Positions 1 through 12,514 of a stretch of 64,000 bases of DNA are shown piece by piece. Numbering within the stretch: the stretch's first letter is position 1; each line of letters opens with the position of its first letter. The notes beneath the pieces were generated by a model. That model ran no database searches. It saw only the letters and a program-made list of their open reading frames with translations, and had not been told where the DNA came from. This stretch comes from Eledone cirrhosa (Eukaryota). Location: the NCBI GenBank assembly GCA_964016885.1, contig OZ024748.1:50778001-50842000 (forward strand). Reading direction: 5' to 3'. The position numbers and the translations under genes were made by a program.

Positions 1-189
1 AGAATGTTTATCCTGGTGAATAAATAGCCGAACTTGTCAAGATGGTACTTCCTTATATGGGAACATTGTAGTTGTCAAGAGGATTGGTTAAAATTTGTTG
101 TAAACACAAATAAGTCTATCATGGCATTTGGTGGGAGGTAGGGCTGGCTGAACTTGCCTGTAGAACAATACGTTACCCTTAACCTCGAA

Positions 190-1132
190 AATTAGCTGTA
201 CTACCCATACAGCAAACCAAACGACAATCTGCACTACATCCACCGCCGCTCTAACCATCCTAGAAACATCACCAATAACCTCGTTAAAAACATCTCCCTT
301 CGCATATCTCGTTTGTCCGCTAATGACCAGATATTCGACGATCACGCGCCTCATTGCGACCAGGCCCTCAACCGGAGTGGCTTCCGAGAGGAAATATTCT
401 TTTATCCAGCTTCCCTTAGCGGAACCAGCAGGCGACACCGCTGCTCACGCAACGTAACATGGTTCAATCCTCACCACAATGCCGAGGTGGCAACACCTAT
501 CGGGAAAATTTTCTTTAGACTCCTCGAAAAACACTTCCCACTACAACACCGCTACCACAACATAATCAACAAAAACACCACCAAACTCTCCTACAGTACC
601 ACACCTAACTTCGCACAAAACATCTTCTCCTCAAACAACAAAAAACTCAACCCCTATGGAAGAAATAACCTCGACATCAGTGGAGAGCCGACCAGGAGGT
701 GTAACTGCCCTGATAGATCTACGTGTCCCCTCAACAACAAAAGCCGAGAACGTAACGTGATCTACCAGTGCAACGTGAGGACGGACACCTCCAGCAAAGC
801 TTATATAGGATTAACCGCGTGTGACCCGGCTCTACCAACACCGACATACTTTCCGAAACCCGGTCCGGGGACATGCCACTACACTTTCGTGCCACATCCG
901 GGACCTCCAAGATAATAATATAACCTACAATTTCACTTGGAGCTTACTGTCCAGAGCTAACTCTTACACGGGAGGACGCCGTCCGTGTAACTTATGCTCG
1001 CAGGAAACATTACAAATGCTGTTTTCGAAGGACCAACTCCTAAACAAGAAAGACGAACTGGTAACCGCATGCAAACGCAGATTGCATAGGATTTACCTCG
1101 CCCTCAAACCCTATAAAGACCCGCGTGGGTAG
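190..1132 (+). pseudogene. 5'-truncated, frameshifted Penelope-like element ORF: end of RT/linker plus GIY-YIG endonuclease (Neptune-like)
   Basis: ORF 313-915 has WFNPHHN..T.IGK.FF.LL.KHFP, a Cys linker CNC...CPL and VIYQC...AYIGLT (GIY-YIG). It continues in frameshifted ORF 821-1132 (RLYQHRHTF...TTLS.HI..L...CNLC..E...LLNKKDELVTAC), a typical PLE endonuclease C-terminus. Confidence 0.9.
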
Positions 1133-1814
1133 ACAAGGGCTGATAAAACACACACATACTTACCGAATAAGTTAGGGAAAACCCCAGCTTACATAGGTAG
1201 ATGTCTTTGTCTTCTTCTTCTCCCTGTCTCATCCTATCACTTCCTTCCACCCCCTATTTTCTTCCTCGTCTGCTTTTCCCCTTTGACCTACCCCGATGCA
1301 GCCCATCGAGCCTTGTAGCATCAGTTACCCCACCCCTGTAATTTTAAGATAGAATTGGCCGAATACGTTTTACTAACTACTTATAGCAGATGTGTTAAAC
1401 CCCTTTAATTTTGTATCAGTTTTGTAATTTCTACAAGTGTTTTCTATTCTCAACTTATTAACCTGTAATTGTAAGATAGCATTGTGATTTTTTTTATTCA
1501 TTTCTCACTATCTAATTTTATATATTTTTTTATTTCTTTCTAGTATCTTTGGTTGTCTCGTACTGTCATTCAATTTACCTATCCTATAACCTCCCTCCCC
1601 CACTTCATACACTATCCTTAGAATCTGCTGTATACATATCATTTTCAACGCTTGACCGCTCCACTCACTCCCCTATTGTTTAACAGACAATAGGGGAGTG
1701 AGTGGAGCGGTCAGCCACCCTTACCTCCACAAAATGCAATGATAGACTTTTTGGGGTTTACAACAAATTTTAACCAATCCTCTTGACAACTACAATATTC
1801 CCATATAAGGAAGT

Positions 1815-1910
1815 ACCCCCTTCACAAGTTCGGCTATTATTCAACAGGTTAAACATTCAAATTTAGTCCAGAAATAGCCGTCGAAACGGCTTGAGCTCTG
1901 CCGTCGGGGT
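1815..1910 (+). ncRNA. Type I hammerhead in PLE pLTR, core mutated (TTCACAA, G5C), probably inactive
   Basis: accccc-TTCACAA-gttcggctatt...aatagccgtc-GAAA-cggc(ttgagctct)gccg-TC-ggggt. Confidence 0.7.
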
Positions 1911-2011
1911 CATGCATTTTCCTATTTCCCACTCTACTACCCTAAGTATTGAGTACTCTGGTGCGTTATGGTCCATCTGGTTCCTTACCACAATTCCTTT
2001 GTTATATATAT

Positions 2012-2043
<32 letters not shown>

Positions 2044-2125
2044 GTAATAATAATAAATTTGAAGACTAAATATATATATATATATATATATATACGTTAT
2101 TCTGGGTTGAATCGGAGGTACCACA

Positions 2126-2178
2126 GAGATTCCTGATGATTTCTAATGAATGAAACAGTTCTAGTCCTGTAGAATCTC
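2126..2178 (+). ncRNA. Type I hammerhead ribozyme, canonical core, predicted cleavage after GUA at 2171
   Basis: gagattc-CTGATGA-tttctaatgaat-GAAA-cag(ttctagtc)ctg-TA-gaatctc; perfect 7-bp stem I. Confidence 0.85.
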
Positions 2179-2191
2179 ATCTATATTAAAA

Positions 2192-2435
2192 CTATATATA
2201 TATATATATTATATACGTATATATATGTATATATATATATATGTATATATACGTATATATATGTATATATATATATATATGTATATATACGTATATATAT
2301 GTATATATATATATATGTATATATACGTATATATATGTATATATATATATGTATATATATGTATATATATATATGTATATATACGTATATATATGTATAT
2401 ATATATTATGTATATATACGTATAATATATGTATG

Positions 2436-2466
<31 letters not shown>

Positions 2467-2509
2467 GTATATATACGTATATATATGTATGTATATATAT
2501 ATATGTATG

Positions 2510-2542
<33 letters not shown>

Positions 2543-2547
2543 GTATG

Positions 2548-2580
<33 letters not shown>

Positions 2581-2699
2581 GTATATATACGTATATATAT
2601 GTATGTATATATATATATGTATGTATATATATATACGTATATATATGTATGTATATATATATACGTATATATATGTATATATATATATGTATATATACG

Positions 2700-2737
<38 letters not shown>

Positions 2738-2753
2738 TATGTATATATATGTA

Positions 2754-2786
<33 letters not shown>

Positions 2787-2799
2787 TGTATATATATAG

Positions 2800-2845
<46 letters not shown>

Positions 2846-2899
2846 CGTATATATATATATGTATATATATATATGTATATATACGTATATATAAGTATG

Positions 2900-2932
<33 letters not shown>

Positions 2933-2957
2933 GTATATATACGTATATATATGTATG

Positions 2958-3007
<50 letters not shown>

Positions 3008-3068
3008 CGATGTATATATATATATGTATATATACGTATATATATGTATGTATATATATATATGTATG

Positions 3069-3101
<33 letters not shown>

Positions 3102-3190
3102 GTATATATACGTATATATATGTATGTATATATATATATGTATGTATATATATATACGTATATATATGTATGTATATATATATATGTATG

Positions 3191-3237
<47 letters not shown>

Positions 3238-3372
3238 GTATATATATGTATATATATGTATATATATATGTATATATACGTATATATATATATGTATATA
3301 TATATATGTATATATACGTATATATATATATGTATATATACGTATATATATGTATATATATATATATATATG

Positions 3373-3407
<35 letters not shown>

Positions 3408-3440
3408 TTATATATATGTATATATATATACATATGTACA
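2192..3440. repeat. Complex (TA)n microsatellite with GT/CGT interruptions
   Basis: Directly visible; source of the spurious Y/I ORFs. Confidence 0.95.
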
Positions 3441-4015
3441 TGTGTGTGCGTGTATCCGTATACAGTATGTAACGTCTTGTCTATTACTTGAGGACTATTT
3501 AAGATTGTCAGCGAGAGAGATTAAGAGGCCAATGATGCCTAAACCAGCTCAGACACAGACATTGCTGTTCCTTCTTGATTAGTGTGCAGGAAGCAATGTA
3601 TTAATCTATTTGAAAAGGAAGAAATATTGTAAAGCTTGAGGTTTCATGCCAAGAGTACGTAATATCTCTGATCAAACATCTTTCGATGCAAAACTTGGGA
3701 AATTGGCGGAACTAAACCGGCAGCATAATAATAGTAAACGATGGTTAACACCAAGAGATTGATACAGTTGTATTAGTATTGCTTAGTATGTATTGATTTG
3801 CTTGTGTTGTTTCATGTGTGTACTTTGGCTAGTGGATCATTGATGAGTGATTAAGTAAACACTAGCTTAACAGTAGCGACTGTTTGTACACATTCACTTT
3901 AGCTGAAGGCTATTAACTGGCGTTGGTTTTCGTTGGAGAGAATGACGTTGTAGATTTGTCAGAGGCATGGGTAATGAAGAGGAGAAGGAATGACGAAATG
4001 AAAAAAAAAATATAG

Positions 4016-4056
<41 letters not shown>

Positions 4057-4423
4057 CAACAACAACAACAATAACAACAACAACAATAGTAATAACAATT
4101 AATGAATAAATAAAGAAAGTAAAGAAGTATGGACGGAAGTAGTTGGACAGAAACTGTGTGCAGAGACGTAGATAATCACAAGATGACTAATTGATTTTGT
4201 TTGAAATCCCCACCGGGTATTTTTGTATTGGTAAGAAATTACATGACTAATTCAGACCTAGTGTATTACTAGTACTTAACTTTTAAAACGACAAACAGTT
4301 GAATAGTGTATACAATCTTAACAAAGTCTTGGACTTAGCACAGAAAATTGCTGAAAGCTAAATAAATGATGTCACTCTTGAAAGAATATCATATCTGAAT
4401 ATATATTATCATATAGTTAAATA

Positions 4424-4640
4424 GGGTGTTGGATTGGAAGAATCGGTAGATCGTCGGACACCATGCTTCACAGCATAGAGTTACGGCACTTCACGTTCTG
4501 AGTTCAATAGCCGCCGAGGTTAGCTTTGCATTTCATCCTTACGGTGTTGATAAATAGAAGCAGCAGTAATATACTGGGGTCGATTTAATAGACTTACCCT
4601 TCAAATTGCTGGCCTTGTGCCTAAAGTAGGAATAATTATA
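4424..4640 (+). mobile_element. tRNA-derived SINE with a MetaSINE-like central domain
   Basis: A-box-like TGGaagaatcGG, B-box gagTTCAAtagcc, core gaggttagctttgcatttcatccttacgg..gataaa, 3' gctggccttgtgcctaaagtag plus (TAA) tail. Confidence 0.75.
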
Positions 4641-4856
4641 TAATTAAATATATATACAAGGAGGTGGATTACCTGATTTGGCAAAGAGGACTTGTGTTGT
4701 TTACATATATCCTTAACGTTCTTAGATCAAATTTCATTATAAGCCGGCTTTTATTTCAACGAACAGGTTTTGATAAAATACCATTCAAGTGGTGAATCCT
4801 TATGAAAAATCAGTAAGTCTTTCTAAACATTGAATTCGTCTCTCTAATTATCTTTG

Positions 4857-4959
<103 letters not shown>

Positions 4960-5114
4960 AAGGAGGTAAGAAAAAAAGAAAGAAGATACAAGAAACAGTT
5001 GCAGTGGAGGAAAATAATCCAAGAGATTCAGCCAATGACAACAATTATATATTTATACACACACACATACACATGTATGTATATATATAAACAGACATAT
5101 ATATATATATATAG

Positions 5115-5297
<183 letters not shown>

Positions 5298-5332
5298 TAT
5301 ATATATACATATATATATATATGTATATATAT

Positions 5333-5385
5333 GAGCTTCCTGAAGATTTCATCTGAATGAAACAGTACTAGTCCTGTAGAAGCTC
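5333..5385 (+). ncRNA. Type I hammerhead ribozyme, canonical core, predicted cleavage after GUA at 5378
   Basis: gagcttc-CTGAAGA-tttcatctgaat-GAAA-cag(tactagtc)ctg-TA-gaagctc; compensatory stem I pair relative to the 2126 copy. Confidence 0.88.
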
Positions 5386-5403
5386 CTTCTATAAAATAAA
5401 AAA

Positions 5404-5693
<290 letters not shown>

Positions 5694-5888
5694 GTGTGTG
5701 TGTGTGTGTGTCTATATATATATATATATGTCTGTTTATATATATACATACATGTGTATGTGTGTGTGTATAAATATATAATTGTTGTCATTGGCTGAAT
5801 CTCTTGGATTATTTTCCTCCACTGCAACTGTTTCTTGTATCTTCTTTCTTTTTTTCTTACCTCCTTCTGAGAGAGAGAGAGAGAGATG

Positions 5889-5928
<40 letters not shown>

Positions 5929-6096
5929 CATAAATATATATATATGTGTATATATACATATACATACATGCATACATATATATATATATACATAAATATA
6001 TATGTATACATACATACATACATACATATATATATATATATATCAAATTCGAAAATATGTGGAAATAGACAAAAACATACCTATTTTTTTCTTCAA

Positions 6097-6191
6097 AATC
6101 CCGACTGCAGTTTCGCCGTTCCGTGTGCACCGATTTCTGCACTTTAAAAGTGCATCATCGTTGTGAGGTTGATACGGCTTATCAAGAACTT
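6097..6191 (-). ncRNA. Type I hammerhead, U3:A8 core, minimal palindromic stem III
   Basis: Minus strand: aagttc-TTGATAA-gccgt...acggc-GAAA-c(tgca)g-TC-gggatt; lies in repeat 6070-6390, which is related to 18130-18290 and 18590-18895. Confidence 0.72.
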
Positions 6192-6399
6192 TTTCCCAAC
6201 GCGTTTATAGCAAGTGGTAAAGTCTCAGGTGTGGAGGGAGAGATTAACACGTGATATAGTAGTAAAAAAGAATTGTTTCTTTTGTAGCAAGTGAGAATTT
6301 CTCGAGATGCGAGGAGAGAGATAAACACATGATACAGGGGTCAAAGGACGGTAGTAAGGTGGACAGGGAACGAATAGCGTATTTGGTAGGAAAAAAATA

Positions 6400-7262
<863 letters not shown>

Positions 7263-7321
7263 ACAATAAAGTATGTCCATAGAATCATTTGATAAAATAT
7301 ATCTTCATCCAAGTGAATTAG

Positions 7322-7401
7322 TTTCCTGATGATTTCGAAGCTCGTGAATTTATCCTTGATCGCATATTTCCAAAAGCGAATGAAAACCCATGGGGTAGAA
7401 A
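7322..7401 (+). ncRNA. Hammerhead-like motif with long stem II, palindromic stem III and one extra A after GAAA
   Basis: tttc-CTGATGA-tttcg...cgaat-GAAA-a-ccc(atg)ggg-TA-gaaa. Confidence 0.55.
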
Positions 7402-7744
7402 AGTAAATTTGGTATGTTTATATACATTTTTTCTTCTAACTTTGATTTTATACCTAATTGTGTATAGTTGACGATATATTTAATCGATTTCCACGTGCTA
7501 TTGAAATGGTGGGTAAATATTATATAGCTGTTGATCGCGAATAGATGGCTGCCGTTTATTTATCTATTATTTCTTCATAGGTGCCTTTTAATCTTATAGC
7601 CTGGTTTAATTGTTTTTTTTTGTGTGGTTGATTATGCTGATTGGGAGAGGAGATGGTGTATATATTTTATCAAATGATTCTATGGACATACTTTATTGTA
7701 TATTGCTCTGATTGTTGATTATTTAATCAATTAATTAATAATAA

Positions 7745-7856
7745 TAATTGTTTCTACTTTCGGCACAAGGCCAGCAATTATCCCAGTGTATTATGGGACT
7801 TTATTTTATCGACCCCGTGAGGATGAATGGCAAAGTTAACCTCGGCGTGATTTGAA
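7745..7856 (-). mobile_element. SINE, truncated at its B box
   Basis: Reverse complement of the SINE 3' two-thirds. Confidence 0.75.
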
Positions 7857-8225
7857 TTCCCAATGGGGTGGGGGGGATAACTACGCAGGATTGACTCAGG
7901 TACCCCACCAATCCCGAACCTCCCGACACTTCAAGAACACCCGAAAGTGCACCACTTTCCTCCTCAAATTCACCAGCCGAGAGGCGCAACATCGGAATAG
8001 GCCCAGGCCCACGGGCCATTCTCGCCAGATTCACCCATCTTTCAGCAAATGTACTTGCAGCACTTCTCTCTCCACCCTCACCTTCTTTTCCAAAGGTAAT
8101 TTGAAAAAGTTGATGAGGGATTGGCCGAAGAGAAAAGTGTCTGTCTACAGTCCTTTCAACCTGGTCCACCATACAACCCCTTTCGCTACTGCCATCGGAC
8201 AGATTGCCTACCCTTCCGAGCCAAA
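7857..8225 (-). mobile_element. 3' end of a non-LTR retrotransposon (L1/Tx1-like), related to 25085-25440(+)
   Basis: The two copies align (ggttgaaaggactg...gctgaaag(a/g)tgggt); peptide ...FAERWV..AR resembles LINE ORF2 C-termini. Confidence 0.45.
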
Positions 8226-8555
8226 AGAAGGCAGTGGGTCGATCTTCACTATGGACTCGGCCGATAGCCGGATCCGATCTACACACAACAACAGCGGTTG
8301 TTAGTCTGAATGTTTGAGATACCAGTCCTTCATCAGAAGATGGAATTAGAAACTAAATAATATATATATATGTGTGTGTGAGTGTATGTGTGTGTGTGTG
8401 TTATGCAGGGGGGGGGGCTAAACAATGGAAAACAACACAGCAAAATGACTCAGAACAATGCAGATATATATTAGTGCCTATATAAGTATTCTACATGCAT
8501 ATATATTAACATCTTTAATAAATAATTTCAAACATAGAAACATACATAAATACGT

Positions 8556-8587
<32 letters not shown>

Positions 8588-10600
8588 TCATGCATACATA
8601 TATACATGTACATACATATATACATGTATACATGTATACATACATACATAAATATATGTATACATACATACATACAAATATACATACATATATACATACA
8701 AACATTCATGCATACATATATACATGTACATACATATATACATGTATGCATGTATACATACATACATAAATATATGTATACATACATACATACAAATACA
8801 CATACATACATACATACATACAGATGTGTATACATACAAACATACAATAATAGGCTCCTTTAATGGGACTGCAAGACATGTAATTGAAAGCCCATGTTGA
8901 GTAGAGTTAGTGAGAAAAGGTAAATCTTTGTTTGCAGCCAATGACTCATGCTTAAAATTGTCACCAAGTTGAACATATCTGTTAGTTGAGTATTTGTTAC
9001 AGAATTGATGGCCACTGCCGTTTAATATTGCTTCACGCACCTGCAACTGGATATCAAAATATATTTCCTACCTCTCATATTTATTTATTTAAATAAGAAA
9101 ATTGACTGTTTCCCAGAGGCTATATTATCTGAAGATATCTTCATGTGATAAAGATATAGTAGAAATAGGTTAGGCAGACCTGATATGATAATATTCATGA
9201 TAGTAGTTTTGTGGTGTGATAATTGCTGAGTGGAATCATCTGATAGACGCCACTATTTCTCTTTCATTTATAGGTCTAAGAAATATATGTGCTTTACTTG
9301 TCTTCAATTCTCGGGTCCCATGCGGCTATGAAATTCTTTGTATATGCAAAAACGACAGCTCAACAGATAAATTCAAATTATCACCTCTTAATAAAATGTT
9401 AGAATGCAAAAGCTGTTTGAAAATATTATCTGGGCCTCTGTGAAATTGCGATAACGTTGATGTATATAGAGTAAATAGTTACCATCTTAAGACTTTATGA
9501 GAACAATTCTTATGGCAGTTGTATCTCGGTATTTAAATATCTAAAGTGACGAAATTCCGTATGTTGTATTATCATTACCACCAGAAGAAAGTGGCAAAGA
9601 GCTTCAAGTCCTTCACTTGCTTTTGACCTCATCCAATAAAATAAAATCATGAAATGAGCAGAGCATGAGAAGGAAGATTAGAGACTAAAGCTAAAATGAA
9701 ATAAAATTTAAAGTTTAAAATTGTACATTTTATTTGCATATCTGTTGAAGCAAATTTCTCTCCTGTGTAACGAATTGATTTTATCTTCTACTCTGTGTAT
9801 ATTGTAGCTAATGGTTGTAAATAAATTGATTAAATGTTATATAAATGGGGTTACCAGTAAGGAGGACTGCAGTAGATTAACACTATTGATACATTTATTA
9901 TTAAATAGAAAAACGACGAATCTATATATTAGAATGGTTGCAGAGGTTTATGTCATTATATACATCGACATTTACATATACGTGAATAGAATAATTTCAA
10001 CAAGAACAATACAGACAATAATAGGGGACCATGTGTCACCACTGATCTAGGGACAAAGACATTCCAGTCACGACCACTCCATCTTTAATTCAGACAAAGT
10101 GTATCTAGAAATACAGGACTCAATGTGACCATTCCTTTTTTTAGACATGATAGAAGATGAATGCAAGATTCATTTATTATTTGAAGTAGTTTTCTGTCTG
10201 TTCAAGCGTTTAATTAAGAGCGTGCTAAACTTCTTTATGTCTGTATCTATGGACCCGTAACTTATCCTGTATTCGTAAGGGCACCGTAGAAACATAGAAA
10301 GTTTTGGGGTCATTTTAATATTGGCAGATCGGAACATAGTTAATTTCTTCAAATGAAGAAAAGAGATTGGTGTAGAGAAAAACCGAGAAAGAGTTACAGA
10401 GGGTAGATCGATCCATGTACTGTAATGGTATTTCGAAATAATAAACGACAAAGTTGACATCGGTGGCAATTGAACTAAGAGGAAATTGAAGTCAGAACGA
10501 AAACCTCAAAGCCTCGTTCCCTCACCTTTGCCAATCCATCGCCTTAACATTCTAAATATTCTAAGCTAAAGCAAATCTTTAATTAATATTACAGAGATAA

Positions 10601-10783
10601 GTGTTTCTACTTTTGGCATAAGGCCAGTAATTACCCAGTACGTTACTGGTACTTTATTTTATCGACCCCATAAGGATGAAAGGCAAAGTTAACCTCGGCG
10701 GGATTTGAACTCAGATCGTAAAGGTACGTAACTATGCTGGAAGGCATGGCGTCCGACCCTCTACCGATACTGCCAATCCACCG
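10601..10783 (-). mobile_element. SINE, full length
   Basis: Reverse complement of the 18342-18532 type. Confidence 0.8.
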
Positions 10784-10860
10784 AATGTAAAACATTTAAT
10801 AAACATCTCAAATTTTATATGTGGGTAATTTAAAGAAAACAGCGTGATGTAAATCGTAGA

Positions 10861-11000
<140 letters not shown>

Positions 11001-11358
11001 GTCTATATATATATCTATATATATATCTATATATATCTCTATATATATATATAACGGCGATGAATTAGTCAATGGCAACATTGAGGACCGAGTAAATTAG
11101 ATTACCGATATAAAAGACACAGAAGCGAAAACCAACCAAACAGTGAGTGTGTTCTGTTATTAATTCTGGCAATATTACACAAATATTACACAAATATGAC
11201 CCTCCCCAAGTATATATATATACCCCCCACTCTCCTGAGCGTGAAATTAATAAACATTTATTGTACTGCCTCTCTGTTTTGTCCCTGTTCAAATTTTTCC
11301 ATTATATATATATATATATATGTAAGTTATATATATATATATGTATATATATTTTTAT

Positions 11359-11600
11359 GGTCCTCAGGTCTCTGCTATCGAAGTTGTCAATCCTCTTTGG
11401 CAATATCTTAGTAAGGGGCCACGTTTCTGCTCCATAGAGGAGAACGGAGAAGACCGATGCATTGTAAATACGGAGCTTCGTCTTCTGGAAGATTGAGCAA
11501 TGGCGCCAAAGTGGCAGTAAAGCAACATCTGTGATTCATCTTGGGGGACGGGTCTTCATTGCTGGTGATAGTCGAGCCCCGGTAAATGAAGGCGCTGACA
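11359..11600 (-). pseudogene. RTE-clade LINE fragment (post-RT region)
   Basis: Minus-strand translation KTKLRIYNASVFSVLLYGAETWPLTK...IDNFDSRDLR. Confidence 0.75.
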
Positions 11601-11888
11601 AACTCACATTCGTAGAACTATCCACAGCGCAAACTTTTGGACTTTATAGAATTGGTGGTTAATATAAAATTGTTGCTAGAAATAACAGTCAACGTAAACT
11701 GTCTAAAAACTCAACATTTAAGTAGTAGCATATATGTATATGTAAAATTTGTCAGTAATATATTTTACACATTGAAAAATAAAATTGGTTTGAATCTATA
11801 TTTAGAGAAGCTTATATATAGCTTCAGGCTGCTTAACATGTAATCTACCCCTCGAGTGAGATGCTTGTTAAGTCTCTTTATTTTAAAG

Positions 11889-11930
<42 letters not shown>

Positions 11931-12036
11931 TATATTTGGTATATGTATGTGCATTTTTCTATCTATCCACACACACTCACACACACTAACTCACACACAC
12001 ATATATACATATATATATACATATATATATATATAC

Positions 12037-12122
<86 letters not shown>

Positions 12123-12171
12123 TATTCAGAATAATAATATGATGAAGACATTCACATAATCAAAATATATG

Positions 12172-12233
12172 TTTTATTATATATATTTCGAAGGTACTGT
12201 GTTGTTTTATCAGTACGTCCTCGTCAGATAAAA
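12172..12233 (-). ncRNA. Minimal type I hammerhead, left arm of an inverted pair
   Basis: Minus strand: ttttat-CTGACGA-ggacgtactg...cagtaccttc-GAAA-t(atat)a-TA-ataaaa. Confidence 0.78.
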
Positions 12234-12286
12234 TACTGGAATTGAACTTTCAAGACCGTTGAGGTATGTCATACATCAATCCATGT

Positions 12287-12350
12287 ATATTATCTGAAGA
12301 GGACGAACTGAAAAAACAACACAGTACCTTCGAAATATATATAATAAAAT
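12287..12350 (+). ncRNA. Minimal type I hammerhead, right arm of an inverted pair
   Basis: tatattat-CTGAAGA-ggacgaactg...cagtaccttc-GAAA-t(atat)a-TA-ataaaat. Confidence 0.68.
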
Positions 12351-12514
12351 ATATATTTTGATTATGTAAATGTCTTCATTTATTATTATTCTGAATAATA
12401 ATAACGCCGGAAAACTTTCCTGTAGTGTGCTTTTAATCTATTGTAAAACTATATTCATTGAGTAATCAATGAACCATATTAATTTTGGTTATATATATAT
12501 ATATATACATATAT

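Larger units (their letters stand above)
1..2010 (+). mobile_element. Penelope-like element with 3' pseudo-LTR (~1560-2005) and an inverted pLTR piece at the 5' junction (1-~170)
   Basis: 1-170 is the reverse complement of ~1710-1860. pLTR-related copies occur at 14944-15300(-), 15380-15665(+), 20030-20165, 20830-21375, 35900-35975 and 61322-61500. Confidence 0.85.

Noticed and set aside
8290-8345. Minus-strand CTGATGA-aggact
   Set aside because: No downstream GAAA or stem III
9123-9195. CTGAAGA...GAAA with flanking stems
   Set aside because: U16.1 is missing, and extra unpaired bases occur before GAAA and before stem I; may be chance in AT-rich DNA
8850-9500. Complex, possibly coding-derived sequence on the minus strand
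   Set aside because: Multiple stops and no recognisable motif; cannot be assigned
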